From Auanema rhodensis (Eukaryota > Animalia > Nematoda): a DNA stretch of 64,000 nt. The position numbers and the translations under genes were made by a program. Of the stretch, positions 26,601 to 41,600 are shown piece after piece. The stretch lies in the NCBI GenBank assembly GCA_964057225.1, contig OZ059899.1, forward strand, positions 16,678,001-16,742,000, written 5' to 3'. How positions within the stretch are numbered: position 1 is the first letter of the stretch; the number at the start of each line of letters is the position of its first letter. The notes beneath the pieces are model-generated. The model made no database searches and was not told the origin of the DNA. It saw only the letters and a program-made list of their open reading frames with translations.

Positions 26601-29600
26601 TGACAATCACCGGACACAACGTGCCTACAGCCTGAACTTTTTTGTGAACAAATCTTGTGGATGGGGTTGAGATAAACCTTTTTTCCGAAAAACTGAGAAG
26701 TCACAGCCAAATCACACCAAGTAATTCAGATTCTCCACATCTGAATACCCAACTTAGGATTATTTATTTTTCATTATTGTTGATGATTTTTGAGAAAAAG
26801 GAACATTCACCGAGCACAACGTGCCTACAGCCTGAACTTTTTTGTGAACAAATCTTTTGGATGGGGTTGATATAAACTTTTTTTCCGGAAAACTAAGAAG
26901 TCACAGCCAAATCACAGCAAGTAATTCAGATTCTCCACATCTGAATACCCAACTTAGGATTATTTATTTTTCATTATAGTTGATGATTTTTGAGAAAAAT
27001 TGACAATCACCGGACACAACGTGCCTACAGCCTGAACTTTTTTGTGAACAAATCTTGATTCTACACATCTGAATACCCAACTTAGGATTATTTATTTTTC
27101 ATTATAGTTGATGATTTTTGAGAAAAATTGACAATCACCGGACACAACGTGCCTACAGCCTGAACTTTTTTGTGAACAAAACTTGTGGATGGGGTTGATC
27201 TAAACCTTTTCTCCGGAAAACTGAGAAGTCACAGCCAAATCTTACTCGGAATATCAGATTCTACACATCTGAATACCCAACTTAGGTTTATTTATTTTTT
27301 ATTATAGTTGATGATTTTTGAGAAAAATTGACAATCACCGGACACAACGTGCCTACAGCCTGAACTTTTTTGTGAACAAATCTTGTGGATGGGGTTGAGA
27401 TAAACCTTTTTTCCGAAAAACTGAGAAGTCACAGCCAAATCTTATTCGGAATATCAGATTCTACACATCTGAATACCCAATTTAGGATTACTTATTTTTC
27501 ATTATAGTTGATGATTTTTGAGAAAAATTGACAATCACCGAGCACAACGTGCCTACAGCCTGAACTTTTTTGTGAACAAATCTTTTGGATGGGGTTGATA
27601 TAAACTTTTTTTCCGGAAAACTAAGAAGTCACAGCCAAATCACAGCAAGTAATTCAGATTCTCCACATCTGAATACCCAACTTAGGATTACTTATTTTTC
27701 ATTATAGTTGATGATTTTTGAGAAAAATTGACAATCACCGGACACAACGTGCCTACAGCCTGAACTTTTTTGTGAACAAATCTTTTGGATGGGGTTGATA
27801 TAAACTTTTTTTCCGGAAAACTAAGAAGTCACAGCCAAATCGTACTTGGAATATCAGATTCTACACATCTGAATACCCAACTTAGGATTATTTATTTTTC
27901 ATTATAGTTGATGATTTTTGAGAAAAATTGACAATCACCGGACACAACGTGCCTACAGCCTGAACTTTTTTGTGAACAAATCTTGATTCTACACATCTGA
28001 ATACCCAACTTAGGATTACTTATTTTTCATTATAGTTGATGATTTTTGAGAAAAATTGACAATCACCGGACACAACGTGCCTACAGCCTGAACTTTTTTG
28101 TGAACAAAACTTGTGGATGTGGTTGATCTAAACCTTTTTTCCGGAAAACTGAGAAGTCACAGCCAAATCTTACTCGGAATATCAGATTCTACACATCTGA
28201 ATACCCAACTTAGGTTTATTTATTTTTTATTATAGTTGATGATTTTTGAGAAAAATTGACAATCACCGGACACAACGTGCCTACAGCCTGAACTTTTTTG
28301 TGAACAAATCTTTTGGATGGGGTTGATATAAACTTGTTTTCCGGAAAACTGAGAAGTCACAGCCAAATCTTACTCGGAATATCAGATTCTACACATCTGA
28401 ATACCCAACTTAGGATTATTTATTTTTCATTATAGTTGATGATTTTTGAGAAAAATTGACAATCACCGGACACAACGTGCCTACAGCCTGAACTTTTTTG
28501 TGAACAAATCTTGTGGATGGGGTTGAGATAAACCTTTTTTCCGAAAAACTGAGAAGTTACAGCCGAATCACACCAAGTAATTCAGATTCTACACATCTGA
28601 ATACCCAACTTAGGATTATTTATTTTTTATTATAGTTGATGATTTTTGAGAAAAATTGACAATCACCGGACACAACGTGCCTACAGCCTGAACTTTTTTG
28701 TGAACAAATCTTGTGGATGGGGTTGAGATAAACCTTTTTTCCGAAAAACTGAGAAGTTACAGCCGAATCACACCAAGTAATTCAGATTCTACACATCTGA
28801 ATACCCAACTTAGGATTATTTATTTTTTATTATAGTTGATGATTTTTGAGAAAAATTGACAATCACCGGACACAACGTGCCTACAGCCTGAACTTTTTTG
28901 TGAACAAATCTTGTGGATGGGGTTGAGATAAACCTTTTTTCCGAAAAACTGAGAAGTTACAGCCGAATCACACCAAGTAATTCAGATTCTACACATCTGA
29001 ATACCCAACTTAGGATTATTTATTTTTTATTATAGTTGATGATTTTTGAGAAAAATTGACAATCACCGGACACAACGTGCCTACAGCCTGAACTTTTTTG
29101 TGAACAAATCTTTTGGATGGGGTTGATATAAACTTGTTTTCCGGAAAACTGAGAAGTCACAGCCAAATCTTACTCGGAATATCAGATTCTACACATCTGA
29201 ATACCCAACTTAGGATTATTTATTTTTCATTATAGTTGATGATTTTTGAGAAAAATTGACAATCACCGGACACAACGTGCCTACAGCCTGAACTTTTTTG
29301 TGAACAAATCTTGTGGATGGGGTTGAGATAAACCTTTTTTCCGAAAAACTGAGAAGTTACAGCCGAATCACACCAAGTAATTCAGATTCTACACATCTGA
29401 ATACCCAACTTAGGATTATTTATTTTTTATTATAGTTGATGATTTTTGAGAAAAATTGACAATCACCGGACACAACGTGCCTACAGCCTGAACTTTTTTG
29501 TGAACAAATCTTTTGGATGGGGTTGATCTAAACCTGTTTTCCGGAAAAGTGAAAAGTCACAGCCGAATCGTACTTGGAATATCAGATTCTACACATCTGA

Positions 29601-32600
29601 ATACCCAACTTAGGATTATTTATTTTTCATTATAGTTGATGATTTTTGAGAAAAATTGACAATCACCGGACACAACGTGCCTACAGCCTGAACTTTTTTG
29701 TGAACAAATCTTGTGGATGGGGTTGAGATAAACCTTTTTTCCGAAAAACTGAGAAGTTACAGCCGAATCACACCAAGTAATTCAGATTCTACACATCTGA
29801 ATACCCAACTTAGGATTATTTATTTTTTATTATAGTTGATGATTTTTGAGAAAAATTGACAATCACCGGACACAACGTGCCTACAGCCTGAACTTTTTTG
29901 TGAACAAATCTTGTGGATGGGGTTGAGATAAACCTTTTTTCCGAAAAACTGAGAAGTTACAGCCGAATCACACCAAGTAATTCAGATTCTACACATCTGA
30001 ATACCCAACTTAGGATTATTTATTTTTTATTATAGTTGATGATTTTTGAGAAAAATTGACAATCACCGGACACAACGTGCCTACAGCCTGAACTTTTTTG
30101 TGAACAAATCTTTTGGATGGGGTTGATATAAACTTGTTTTCCGGAAAACTGAGAAGTCACAGCCAAATCTTACTCGGAATATCAGATTCTACACATCTGA
30201 ATACCCAACTTAGGATTATTTATTTTTCATTATAGTTGATGATTTTTGAGAAAAATTGACAATCACCGGACACAACGTGCCTACAGCCTGAACTTTTTTG
30301 TGAACAAATCTTGTGGATGGGGTTGAGATAAACCTTTTTTCCGAAAAACTGAGAAGTTACAGCCGAATCACACCAAGTAATTCAGATTCTACACATCTGA
30401 ATACCCAACTTAGGATTATTTATTTTTTATTATAGTTGATGATTTTTGAGAAAAATTGACAATCACCGGACACAACGTGCCTACAGCCTGAACTTTTTTG
30501 TGAACAAATCTTGTGGATGGGGTTGAGATAAACCTTTTTTCCGAAAAACTGAGAAGTTACAGCCGAATCACACCAAGTAATTCAGATTCTACACATCTGA
30601 ATACCCAACTTAGGATTATTTATTTTTTATTATAGTTGATGATTTTTGAGAAAAATTGACAATCACCGGACACAACGTGCCTACAGCCTGAACTTTTTTG
30701 TGAACAAATCTTGTGGATGGGGTTGAGATAAACCTTTTTTCCGAAAAACTGAGAAGTTACAGCCGAATCACACCAAGTAATTCAGATTCTACACATCTGA
30801 ATACCCAACTTAGGATTATTTATTTTTTATTATAGTTGATGATTTTTGAGAAAAATTGACAATCACCGGACACAACGTGCCTACAGCCTGAACTTTTTTG
30901 TGAACAAATCTTTTGGATGGGGTTGATATAAACTTGTTTTCCGGAAAACTGAGAAGTCACAGCCGAATCTTACTCGGAATATCAGATTCTACACATCTGA
31001 ATACCCAACTTAGGATTATTTATTTTTCATTATAGTTGATGATTTTTGAGAAAAATTGACAATCACCGGACACAACGTGCCTACAGCCTGAACTTTTTTG
31101 TGAACAAATCTTGTGGATGGGGTTGATCTAAACCTTTTTTCCGGAAAACTGAGAAGTCACAGCCGAATCTTATTTGGAATATCAGATTCTACACATCTGA
31201 ATACCCAACTTAGGATTATTTACTTTTCATTATAGTTGATGATTTTTGAGAAAAATTGACAATCACCGGACACAACGTGCCTACAGCCTGAACTTTTTTG
31301 TGAACAAATCTTTTGGATGGGGTTGGTATAAACCTTTTTCCGGAAAACTGAGAAGTCACAGCCAAATCACACCAAGTAATTCAGATTCTACACATCTGAA
31401 TACCCAACTTAGGATTATTTATTTTTCATTATAGTTGATGATTTTTGAGAAAAATTGACAATCACCGGACACAACGTGCCTACAGCCTGAACTTTTTTGT
31501 GAACAAATCTTGTGGATGGGGTTGATATAAACCTGTTTTCCGGAAAACTGAGAAGTCACAGCCGAATCTTACTCGGAATATCAGATTCTACACATCTGAA
31601 TACCCAACTTAGGATTATTTATTTTTCATTATAGTTGATGATTTTTGAGAAAAATTGACAATCACCGGACACAACGTGCCTACAGCCTGAACTTTTTTGT
31701 GAACAAATCTTTTGGATGGGGTTGATATAAACTTGTTTTCCGGAAAACTGAGAAGTCACAGCCAAATCTTATTCGGAATATCAGATTCTACACATCTGAA
31801 TACCCAACTTAGGATTATTTATTTTTCATTATAGTTGATGATTTTTGAGAAAAATTGACAATCACCGGACACAACGTGCCTACAGCCTGAACTTTTTTGT
31901 GAACAAATCTTGTGGATGGGGTTGGTATAAACCTTTTTCCGGAAAACTGAGAAGTCACAGCCGAATCTTACTCGGAATATCAGATTCTACACATCTGAAT
32001 ACCCAACTTAGGATTATTTATTTTTCATTATAGTTGATGATTTTTGAGAAAAATTGACAATCACCGGACACAACGTGCCTACAGCCTGAACTTTTTTGTG
32101 AACAAATCTTGTGGATGGGGTTGATATAAACTTGTTTTCCGGAAAACTGAGAAGTCACAGCCGAATCTTACTCGGAATATCAGATTCTCCACATCTGAAT
32201 ACCCAACTTAGGATTATTTATTTTTCATTATTGTTGATGATTATTGAGAAAAATTGACAATCACCGGACACAATGTGCCTACAGCCTGAACTTTTTTGTG
32301 AACAAATCTTTTGGATGGGGTTGATATAAACTTGTTTTCCGGAAAACTGAGAAGTTACAGCCGAATCGTATTTGGAATATCAGATTCTACACATCTGAAT
32401 ACCCAACTTAGGATTATTTATTTTTCATTATAGTTGATGATTTTTGAGAAAAATTGACAATCACCGGACACAACGTGCCTACAGCCTGAACTTTTTTGTG
32501 AACAAATCTTGTGGATGGGGTTGGTATAAACCTTTTTTCCGGAAAACTGAGAAGTCACAGCCAAATCTTATTCGGAATATCAGATTCTACACATCTGAAT

Positions 32601-35600
32601 ACCCAACTTAGGATTATTTATTTTTCATTATAGTTGATGATTTTTGAGAAAAATTGACAATCACCGGACACAACGTGCCTACAGCCTGAACTTTTTTGTG
32701 AACAAATCTTGTGGATGGGGTTGGTATAAACCTTTTTCCGGAAAACTGAGAAGTCACAGCCAAATCTTATTCGGAATATCAGATTCTACACATCTGAATA
32801 CCCAACTTAGGATTATTTATTTTTCATTATAGTTGATGATTTTTGAGAAAAATTGACAATCACCGGACACAACGTGCCTACAGCCTGAACTTTTTTGTGA
32901 ACAAATCTTGTGGATGGGGTTGGTATAAACCTTTTTCCGGAAAACTGAGAAGTCACAGCCAAATCACACCAAGTAATTCAGATTCTACACATCTGAATAC
33001 CCAACTTAGGATTATTTATTTTTCATTATAGTTGATGATTTTTGAGAAAAATTGACAATCACCGGACACAACGTGCCTACAGCCTGAACTTTTTTGTGAA
33101 CAAATCTTGTGGATGGGGTTGATATAAACCTGTTTTCCGGAAAACTGAGAAGTCACAGCCGAATCTTACTCGGAATATCAGATTCTACACATCTGAATAC
33201 CCAACTTAGGATTATTTATTTTTCATTATAGTTGATGATTTTTGAGAAAAATTGACAATCACCGGACACAACGTGCCTACAGCCTGAACTTTTTTGTGAA
33301 CAAATCTTTTGGATGGGGTTGATATAAACCTGTTTTCCGGAAAACTGAGAAGTCACAGCCGAATCTTACTCGGAATATCAGATTCTACACATCTGAATAC
33401 CCAACTTAGGATTATTTATTTTTCATTATAGTTGATGATTTTTGAGAAAAATTGACAATCACCGGACACAACGTGCCTACAGCCTGAACTTTTTTGTGAA
33501 CAAATGTTGTGGATGGGGTTGATATAAACCTTTTTTCCGGAAAACTGAGAAGTCACAGCCAAATCACACCAAGTAATTCAGATTCTCCACATCTGAATAC
33601 CCAACTTAGGATTATTTATTTTTCATTATAGTTGATGATTATTGAGAAAAATTGACAATCACCGGACACAACGTGCCTACAGCCTGAACTTTTTTGTGAA
33701 CAAATGTTGTGGATGGGGTTGATATAAACCTTTTTTCCGGAAAACTGAGAAGTCACAGCCAAATCACACCAAGTAATTCAGATTCTCCACATCTGAATAC
33801 CCAACTTAGGATTATTTATTTTTCATTATTGTTGATGATTATTGAGAAAAATTGACAATCACCGGACACAATGTGCCTACAGCCTGAACTTTTTTGTGAA
33901 CAAATCTTGTGGATGGGGTTGGTATAAACCTTTTTCCGGAAAACTGAGAAGTCACAGCCAAATCACACCAAGTAATTCAGATTCTACACATCTGAATACC
34001 CAACTTAGGATTATTTATTTTTCATTATAGTTGATGATTATTGAGAAAAATTGACAATCACCGGACACAACGTGCCTACAGCCTGAACTTTTTTGTGAAC
34101 AAATCTTGTGGATGGGGTTGATATAAACCTGTTTTCCGGAAAACTGAGAAGTCACAGCCGAATCTTACTCGGAATATCAGATTCTACACATCTGAATACC
34201 CAACTTAGGATTATTTATTTTTCATTATAGTTGATGATTTTTGAGAAAAATTGACAATCACCGGACACAACGTGCCTACAGCCTGAACTTTTTTGTGAAC
34301 AAATCTTGTGGATGGGGTTGGTATAAACCTTTTTCCGGAAAACTGAGAAGTCACAGCCAAATCACACCAAGTAATTCAGATTCTACACATCTGAATACCC
34401 AACTTAGGATTATTTATTTTTCATTATAGTTGATGATTATTGAGAAAAATTGACAATCACCGGACACAACGTGCCTACAGCCTGAACTTTTTTGTGAACA
34501 AATCTTGTGGATGGGGTTGGTATAAACCTTTTTCCGGAAAACTGAGAAGTCACAGCCAAATCACACCAAGTAATTCAGATTCTACACATCTGAATACCCA
34601 ACTTAGGATTATTTATTTTTCATTATAGTTGATGATTATTGAGAAAAATTGACAATCACCGGACACAACGTGCCTACAGCCTGAACTTTTTTGTGAACAA
34701 ATCTTGTGGATGGGGTTGATATAAACCTGTTTTCCGGAAAACTGAGAAGTCACAGCCGAATCTTACTCGGAATATCAGATTCTACACATCTGAATACCCA
34801 ACTTAGGATTATTTATTTTTCATTATAGTTGATGATTTTTGAGAAAAATTGACAATCACCGGACACAATGTGCCTACAGCCTGAACTTTTTTGTGAACAA
34901 ATCTTTTGGATGGGGTTGATATAAACTTTTTTTCCGAAAAACTGAGAAGTCACAGCCAAATCACACCAAGTAATTCAGATTCTCCACATCTGAATACCCA
35001 ACTTAGGATTATTTATTTTTCATTATTGTTGATGATTTTTAAGAAAAATTGACAATCACCGGACACAACGTGCCTACAGCCTGAACTTTTTTGTGAACAA
35101 ATCTTGTGGATGGGGTTGGTATAAACCTTTTTCCGGAAAACTGAGAAGTCACAGCCAAATCACACCAAGTAATTCAGATTCTCCACATCTGAATACCCAA
35201 CTTAGGATTATTTATTTTTCATTATTGTTGATGATTTTTAAGAAAAATTGACAATCACCGGACACAACGTGCCTACAGCCTGAACTTTTTTGTGAACAAA
35301 TCTTGTGGATGGGGTTGATCTAAACCTGTTTTCCGGAAAACTGAGAAGTCACAGCCGAATCGTACTTGGAATATCAGATTCTACACATCTGAATACCCAA
35401 CTTAGGATTATTTATTTTTCATTATAGTTGATGATTTTTGAGAAAAATTGACAATCACCGGACACAACGTGCCTACAGCCTGAACTTTTTTGTGAACAAA
35501 TCTTTTGGATGGGGTTGATATAAACTTTTTTTCCGAAAAACTGAGAAGTCACAGCCAAATCACACCAAGTAATTCAGATTCTCCACATCTGAATACCCAA

Positions 35601-38600
35601 CTTAGGATTATTTATTTTTCATTATTGTTGATGATTATTGAGAAAAATTGACAATCACCGGACACAACGTGCCTACAGCCTGAACTTTTTTGTGAACAAA
35701 TCTTGTGGATGGGGTTGATCTAAACCTGTTTTCCGGAAAACTGAGAAGTCACAGCCGAATCGTACTTGGAATATCAGATTCTACACATCTGAATACCCAA
35801 CTTAGGATTATTTATTTTTCATTATTGTTGATGATTTTTGAGAAAAATTGACAATCACCGGACACAACGTGCCTACAGCCTGAACTTTTTTGTGAACAAA
35901 TCTTGTGGATGGGGTTGATCTAAACCTGTTTTCCGGAAAACTGAGAAGTCACAGCCGAATCGTACTTGGAATATCAGATTCTACACATCTGAATACCCAA
36001 CTTAGGATTATTTATTTTTCATTATTGTTGATGATTATTGAGAAAAATTGACAATCACCGGACACAACGTGCCTACAGCCTGAACTTTTTTGTGAACAAA
36101 TCTTTTGGATGGGGTTGATATAAACTTTTTTTCCGAAAAACTGAGAAGTCACAGCCAAATCACACCAAGTAATTCAGATTCTACACATCTGAATACCCAA
36201 CTTAGGATTATTTATTTTTCATTATTGTTGATGATTATTGAGAAAAATTGACAATCACCGGACACAACGTGCCTACAGCCTGAACTTTTTTGTGAACAAA
36301 TCTTTTGGATGGGGTTGATCTAAACCTGTTTTCCGGAAAACTGAGAAGTCACAGCCGAATCGTTCTTGGAATATCAGATTCTACACATCTGAATACCCAA
36401 CTTAGGATTATTTATTTTTCATTATTGTTGATGATTATTGAGAAAAATTGACAATCACCGGACACAACGTGCCTACAGCCTGAACTTTTTTGTGAACAAA
36501 TCTTTTGGATGGGGTTGATATAAACTTTTTTTCCGAAAAACTGAGAAGTCACAGCCAAATCACACCAAGTAATTCAGATTCTACACATCTGAATACCCAA
36601 CTTAGGATTATTTATTTTTCATTATTGTTGATGATTATTGAGAAAAATTGACAATCACCGGACACAACGTGCCTACAGCCTGAACTTTTTTGTGAACAAA
36701 TCTTTTGGATGGGGTTGATCTAAACCTGTTTTCCGGAAAACTGAGAAGTCACAGCCGAATCGTTCTTGGAATATCAGATTCTACACATCTGAATACCCAA
36801 CTTAGGATTATTTATTTTTCATTATTGTTGATGATTATTGAGAAAAATTGACAATCACCGGACACAACGTGCCTACAGCCTGAACTTTTTTGTGAACAAA
36901 TCTTTTGGATGGGGTTGATATAAACTTTTTTTCCGAAAAACTGAGAAGTCACAGCCAAATCACACCAAGTAATTCAGATTCTACACATCTGAATACCCAA
37001 CTTAGGATTATTTATTTTTCATTATTGTTGATGATTATTGAGAAAAATTGACAATCACCGGACACAACGTGCCTACAGCCTGAACTTTTTTGTGAACAAA
37101 TCTTTTGGATGGGGTTGATATAAACTTTTTTTCCGAAAAACTGAGAAGTCACAGCCAAATCACACCAAGTAATTCAGATTCTACACATCTGAATACCCAA
37201 CTTAGGATTATTTATTTTTCATTATTTTTGATGATTATTGAGAAAAATTGACAATCACCGGACACAACGTGCCTACAGCCTGAACTTTTTTGTGAACAAA
37301 TCTTTTGGATGGGGTTGATCTAAACCTGTTTTCCGGAAAACTGAGAAGTCACAGCCGAATCGTACTTGGAATATCAGATTCTACACATCTGAATACCCAA
37401 CTTAGGATTATTTATTTTTCATTATTGTTGATGATTATTGAGAAAAATTGACAATCACCGGACACAACGTGCCTACAGCCTGAACTTTTTTGTGAACAAA
37501 TCTTTTGGATGGGGTTGGTATAAACCTTTTTCCGGAAAACTGAGAAGTCACAGCCAAATCACACCAAGTAATTCAGATTCTACACATCTGAATACCCAAC
37601 TTAGGATTATTTATTTTTCATTATTGTTGATGATTATTGAGAAAAATTGACAATCACCGGACACAACGTGCCTACAGCCTGAACTTTTTTGTGAACAAAT
37701 CTTGTGGATGGGGTTGAGATAAACTTTTTTTCCGAAAAACTGAGAAGTCACAGCCAAATCACACCAAGTAATTCAGATTCTCCACATCTGAATACCCAAC
37801 TTAGGATTATTTATTTTTCATTATTGTTGATGATTATTGAGAAAAATTGACAATCACCGGACACAACGTGCCTACAGCCTGAACTTTTTTGTGAACAAAT
37901 CTTTTGGATGGGGTTGATCTAAACCTGTTTTCCGGAAAACTGAGAAGTCACAGCCGAATCGTACTTGGAATATCAGATTCTACACATCTGAATACCCAAC
38001 TTAGGATTATTTATTTTTCATTATTGTTGATGATTATTGAGAAAAATTGACAATCACCGGACACAACGTGCCTACAGCCTGAACTTTTTTGTGAACAAAT
38101 CTTTTGGATGGGGTTGATCTAAACCTGTTTTCCGGAAAACTGAGAAGTCACAGCCGAATCGTACTTGGAATATCAGATTCTACACATCTGAATACCCAAC
38201 TTAGGATTATTTATTTTTCATTATTGTTGATGATTATTGAGAAAAATTGACAATCACCGGACACAACGTGCCTACAGCCTGAACTTTTTTGTGAACAAAT
38301 CTTTTGGATGGGGTTGATCTAAACCTGTTTTCCGGAAAACTGAGAAGTCACAGCCGAATCGTACTTGGAATATCAGATTCTACACATCTGAATACCCAAC
38401 TTAGGATTATTTATTTTTCATTATTGTTGATGATTATTGAGAAAAATTGACAATCACCGGACACAACGTGCCTACAGCCTGAACTTTTTTGTGAACAAAT
38501 CTTTTGGATGGGGTTGATCTAAACCTGTTTTCCGGAAAACTGAGAAGTCACAGCCGAATCGTTCTTGGAATATCAGATTCTACACATCTGAATACCCAAC

Positions 38601-41600
38601 TTAGGATTATTTATTTTTCATTATTGTTGATGATTATTGAGAAAAATTGACAATCACCGGACACAACGTGCCTACAGCCTGAACTTTTTTGTGAACAAAT
38701 CTTTTGGATGGGGTTGATCTAAACCTGTTTTCCGGAAAACTGAGAAGTCACAGCCGAATCGTACTTGGAATATCAGATTCTACACATCTGAATACCCAAC
38801 TTAGGATTATTTATTTTTCATTATTGTTGATGATTATTGAGAAAAATTGACAATCACCGGACACAACGTGCCTACAGCCTGAACTTTTTTGTGAACAAAT
38901 CTTTTGGATGGGGTTGATCTAAACCTGTTTTCCGGAAAACTGAGAAGTCACAGCCGAATCGTACTTGGAATATCAGATTCTACACATCTGAATACCCAAC
39001 TTAGGATTATTTATTTTTCATTATTTTTGATGATTATTGAGAAAAATTGACAATCACCGGACACAACGTGCCTACAGCCTGAACTTTTTTGTGAACAAAT
39101 CTTTTGGATGGGGTTGGTATAAACCTTTTTCCGGAAAACTGAGAAGTCACAGCCAAATCACACCAAGTAATTCAGATTCTACACATCTGAATACCCAACT
39201 TAGGATTATTTATTTTTCATTATTGTTGATGATTATTGAGAAAAATTGACAATCACCGGACACAACGTGCCTACAGCCTGAACTTTTTTGTGAACAAATC
39301 TTTTGGATGGGGTTGATCTAAACCTGTTTTCCGGAAAACTGAGAAGTCACAGCCGAATCGTACTTGGAATATCAGATTCTACACATCTGAATACCCAACT
39401 TAGGATTATTTATTTTTCATTATTTTTGATGATTTTTGAGAAAAAGGAACATTCACCGAGCACAACGTGCCTACAGCCTGAACTTTTTTGTGAACAAATC
39501 TTTTGGATGGGGTTGATCTAAACCTGTTTTCCGGAAAACTGAGAAGTCACAGCCGAATCGTACTTGGAATATCAGATTCTACACATCTGAATACCCAACT
39601 TAGGATTATTTATTTTTCATTATAGTTGATGATTTTTGAGAAAAATTGACAATCATCGGACACAACGTGCCTACAGCCTGAACTTTTTTGTGAACAAAAC
39701 TTTTGGATGGGGTTGATCTAAACCTGTTTTCCGGAAAACTGAGAAGTCACAGCCGAATCGTACTTGGAATATCAGATTCTACACATCTGAATACCCAACT
39801 TAGGATTATTTATTTTTCATTATAGTTGATGATTTTTGAGAAAAATTGACAATCACCGGACACAACGTGCCTACAGCCTGAACTTTTTTGTGAACAAATC
39901 TTTTGGATGGGGTTGGTATAAACCTTTTTCCGGAAAACTGAGAAGTCACAGCCAAATCACACCAAGTAATTCAGATTCTCCACATCTGAATACCCAACTT
40001 AGGATTATTTATTTTTCATTATTGTTGATGATTATTGAGAAAAATTGACAATCACCGGACACAACGTGCCTACAGCCTGAACTTTTTTGTGAACAAATCT
40101 TTTGGATGGGGTTGATCTAAACCTGTTTTCCGGAAAACTGAGAAGTCACAGCCGAATCGTTCTTGGAATATCAGATTCTACACATCTGAATACCCAACTT
40201 AGGATTATTTATTTTTCATTATTGTTGATGATTATTGAGAAAAATTGACAATCACCGGACACAACGTGCCTACAGCCTGAACTTTTTTGTGAACAAATCT
40301 TTTGGATGGGGTTGATCTAAACCTGTTTTCCGGAAAACTGAGAAGTCACAGCCGAATCGTACTTGGAATATCAGATTCTACACATCTGAATACCCAACTT
40401 AGGATTATTTAATTTTCATTATTGTTGATGATTATTGAGAAAAATTGACAATCACCGGACACAACGTGCCTACAGCCTGAACTTTTTTGTGAACAAATCT
40501 TTTGGATGGGGTTGGTATAAACCTTTTTCCGGAAAACTGAGAAGTCACAGCCAAATCACACCAAGTAATTCAGATTCTACACATCTGAATACCCAACTTA
40601 GGATTATTTATTTTTCATTATTGTTGATGATTATTGAGAAAAATTGACAATCACCGGACACAACGTGCCTACAGCCTGAACTTTTTTGTGAACAAATCTT
40701 GTGGATGGGGTTGAGATAAACTTTTTTTCCGAAAAACTGAGAAGTCACAGCCAAATCACACCAAGTAATTCAGATTCTCCACATCTGAATACCCAACTTA
40801 GGATTATTTATTTTTCATTATTGTTGATGATTATTGAGAAAAATTGACAATCACCGGACACAACGTGCCTACAGCCTGAACTTTTTTGTGAACAAATCTT
40901 TTGGATGGGGTTGATCTAAACCTGTTTTCCGGAAAACTGAGAAGTCACAGCCGAATCGTACTTGGAATATCAGATTCTACACATCTGAATACCCAACTTA
41001 GGATTATTTATTTTTCATTATTTTTGATGATTATTGAGAAAAATTGACAATCACCGGACACAACGTGCCTACAGCCTGAACTTTTTTGTGAACAAATCTT
41101 TTGGATGGGGTTGGTATAAACCTTTTTCCGGAAAACTGAGAAGTCACAGCCAAATCACACCAAGTAATTCAGATTCTACACATCTGAATACCCAACTTAG
41201 GATTATTTATTTTTCATTATTGTTGATGATTATTGAGAAAAATTGACAATCACCGGACACAACGTGCCTACAGCCTGAACTTTTTTGTGAACAAATCTTG
41301 TGGATGGGGTTGAGATAAACTTTTTTTCCGAAAAACTGAGAAGTCACAGCCAAATCACACCAAGTAATTCAGATTCTCCACATCTGAATACCCAACTTAG
41401 GATTATTTATTTTTCATTATTGTTGATGATTATTGAGAAAAATTGACAATCACCGGACACAACGTGCCTACAGCCTGAACTTTTTTGTGAACAAATCTTT
41501 TGGATGGGGTTGATCTAAACCTGTTTTCCGGAAAACTGAGAAGTCACAGCCGAATCGTACTTGGAATATCAGATTCTACACATCTGAATACCCAACTTAG

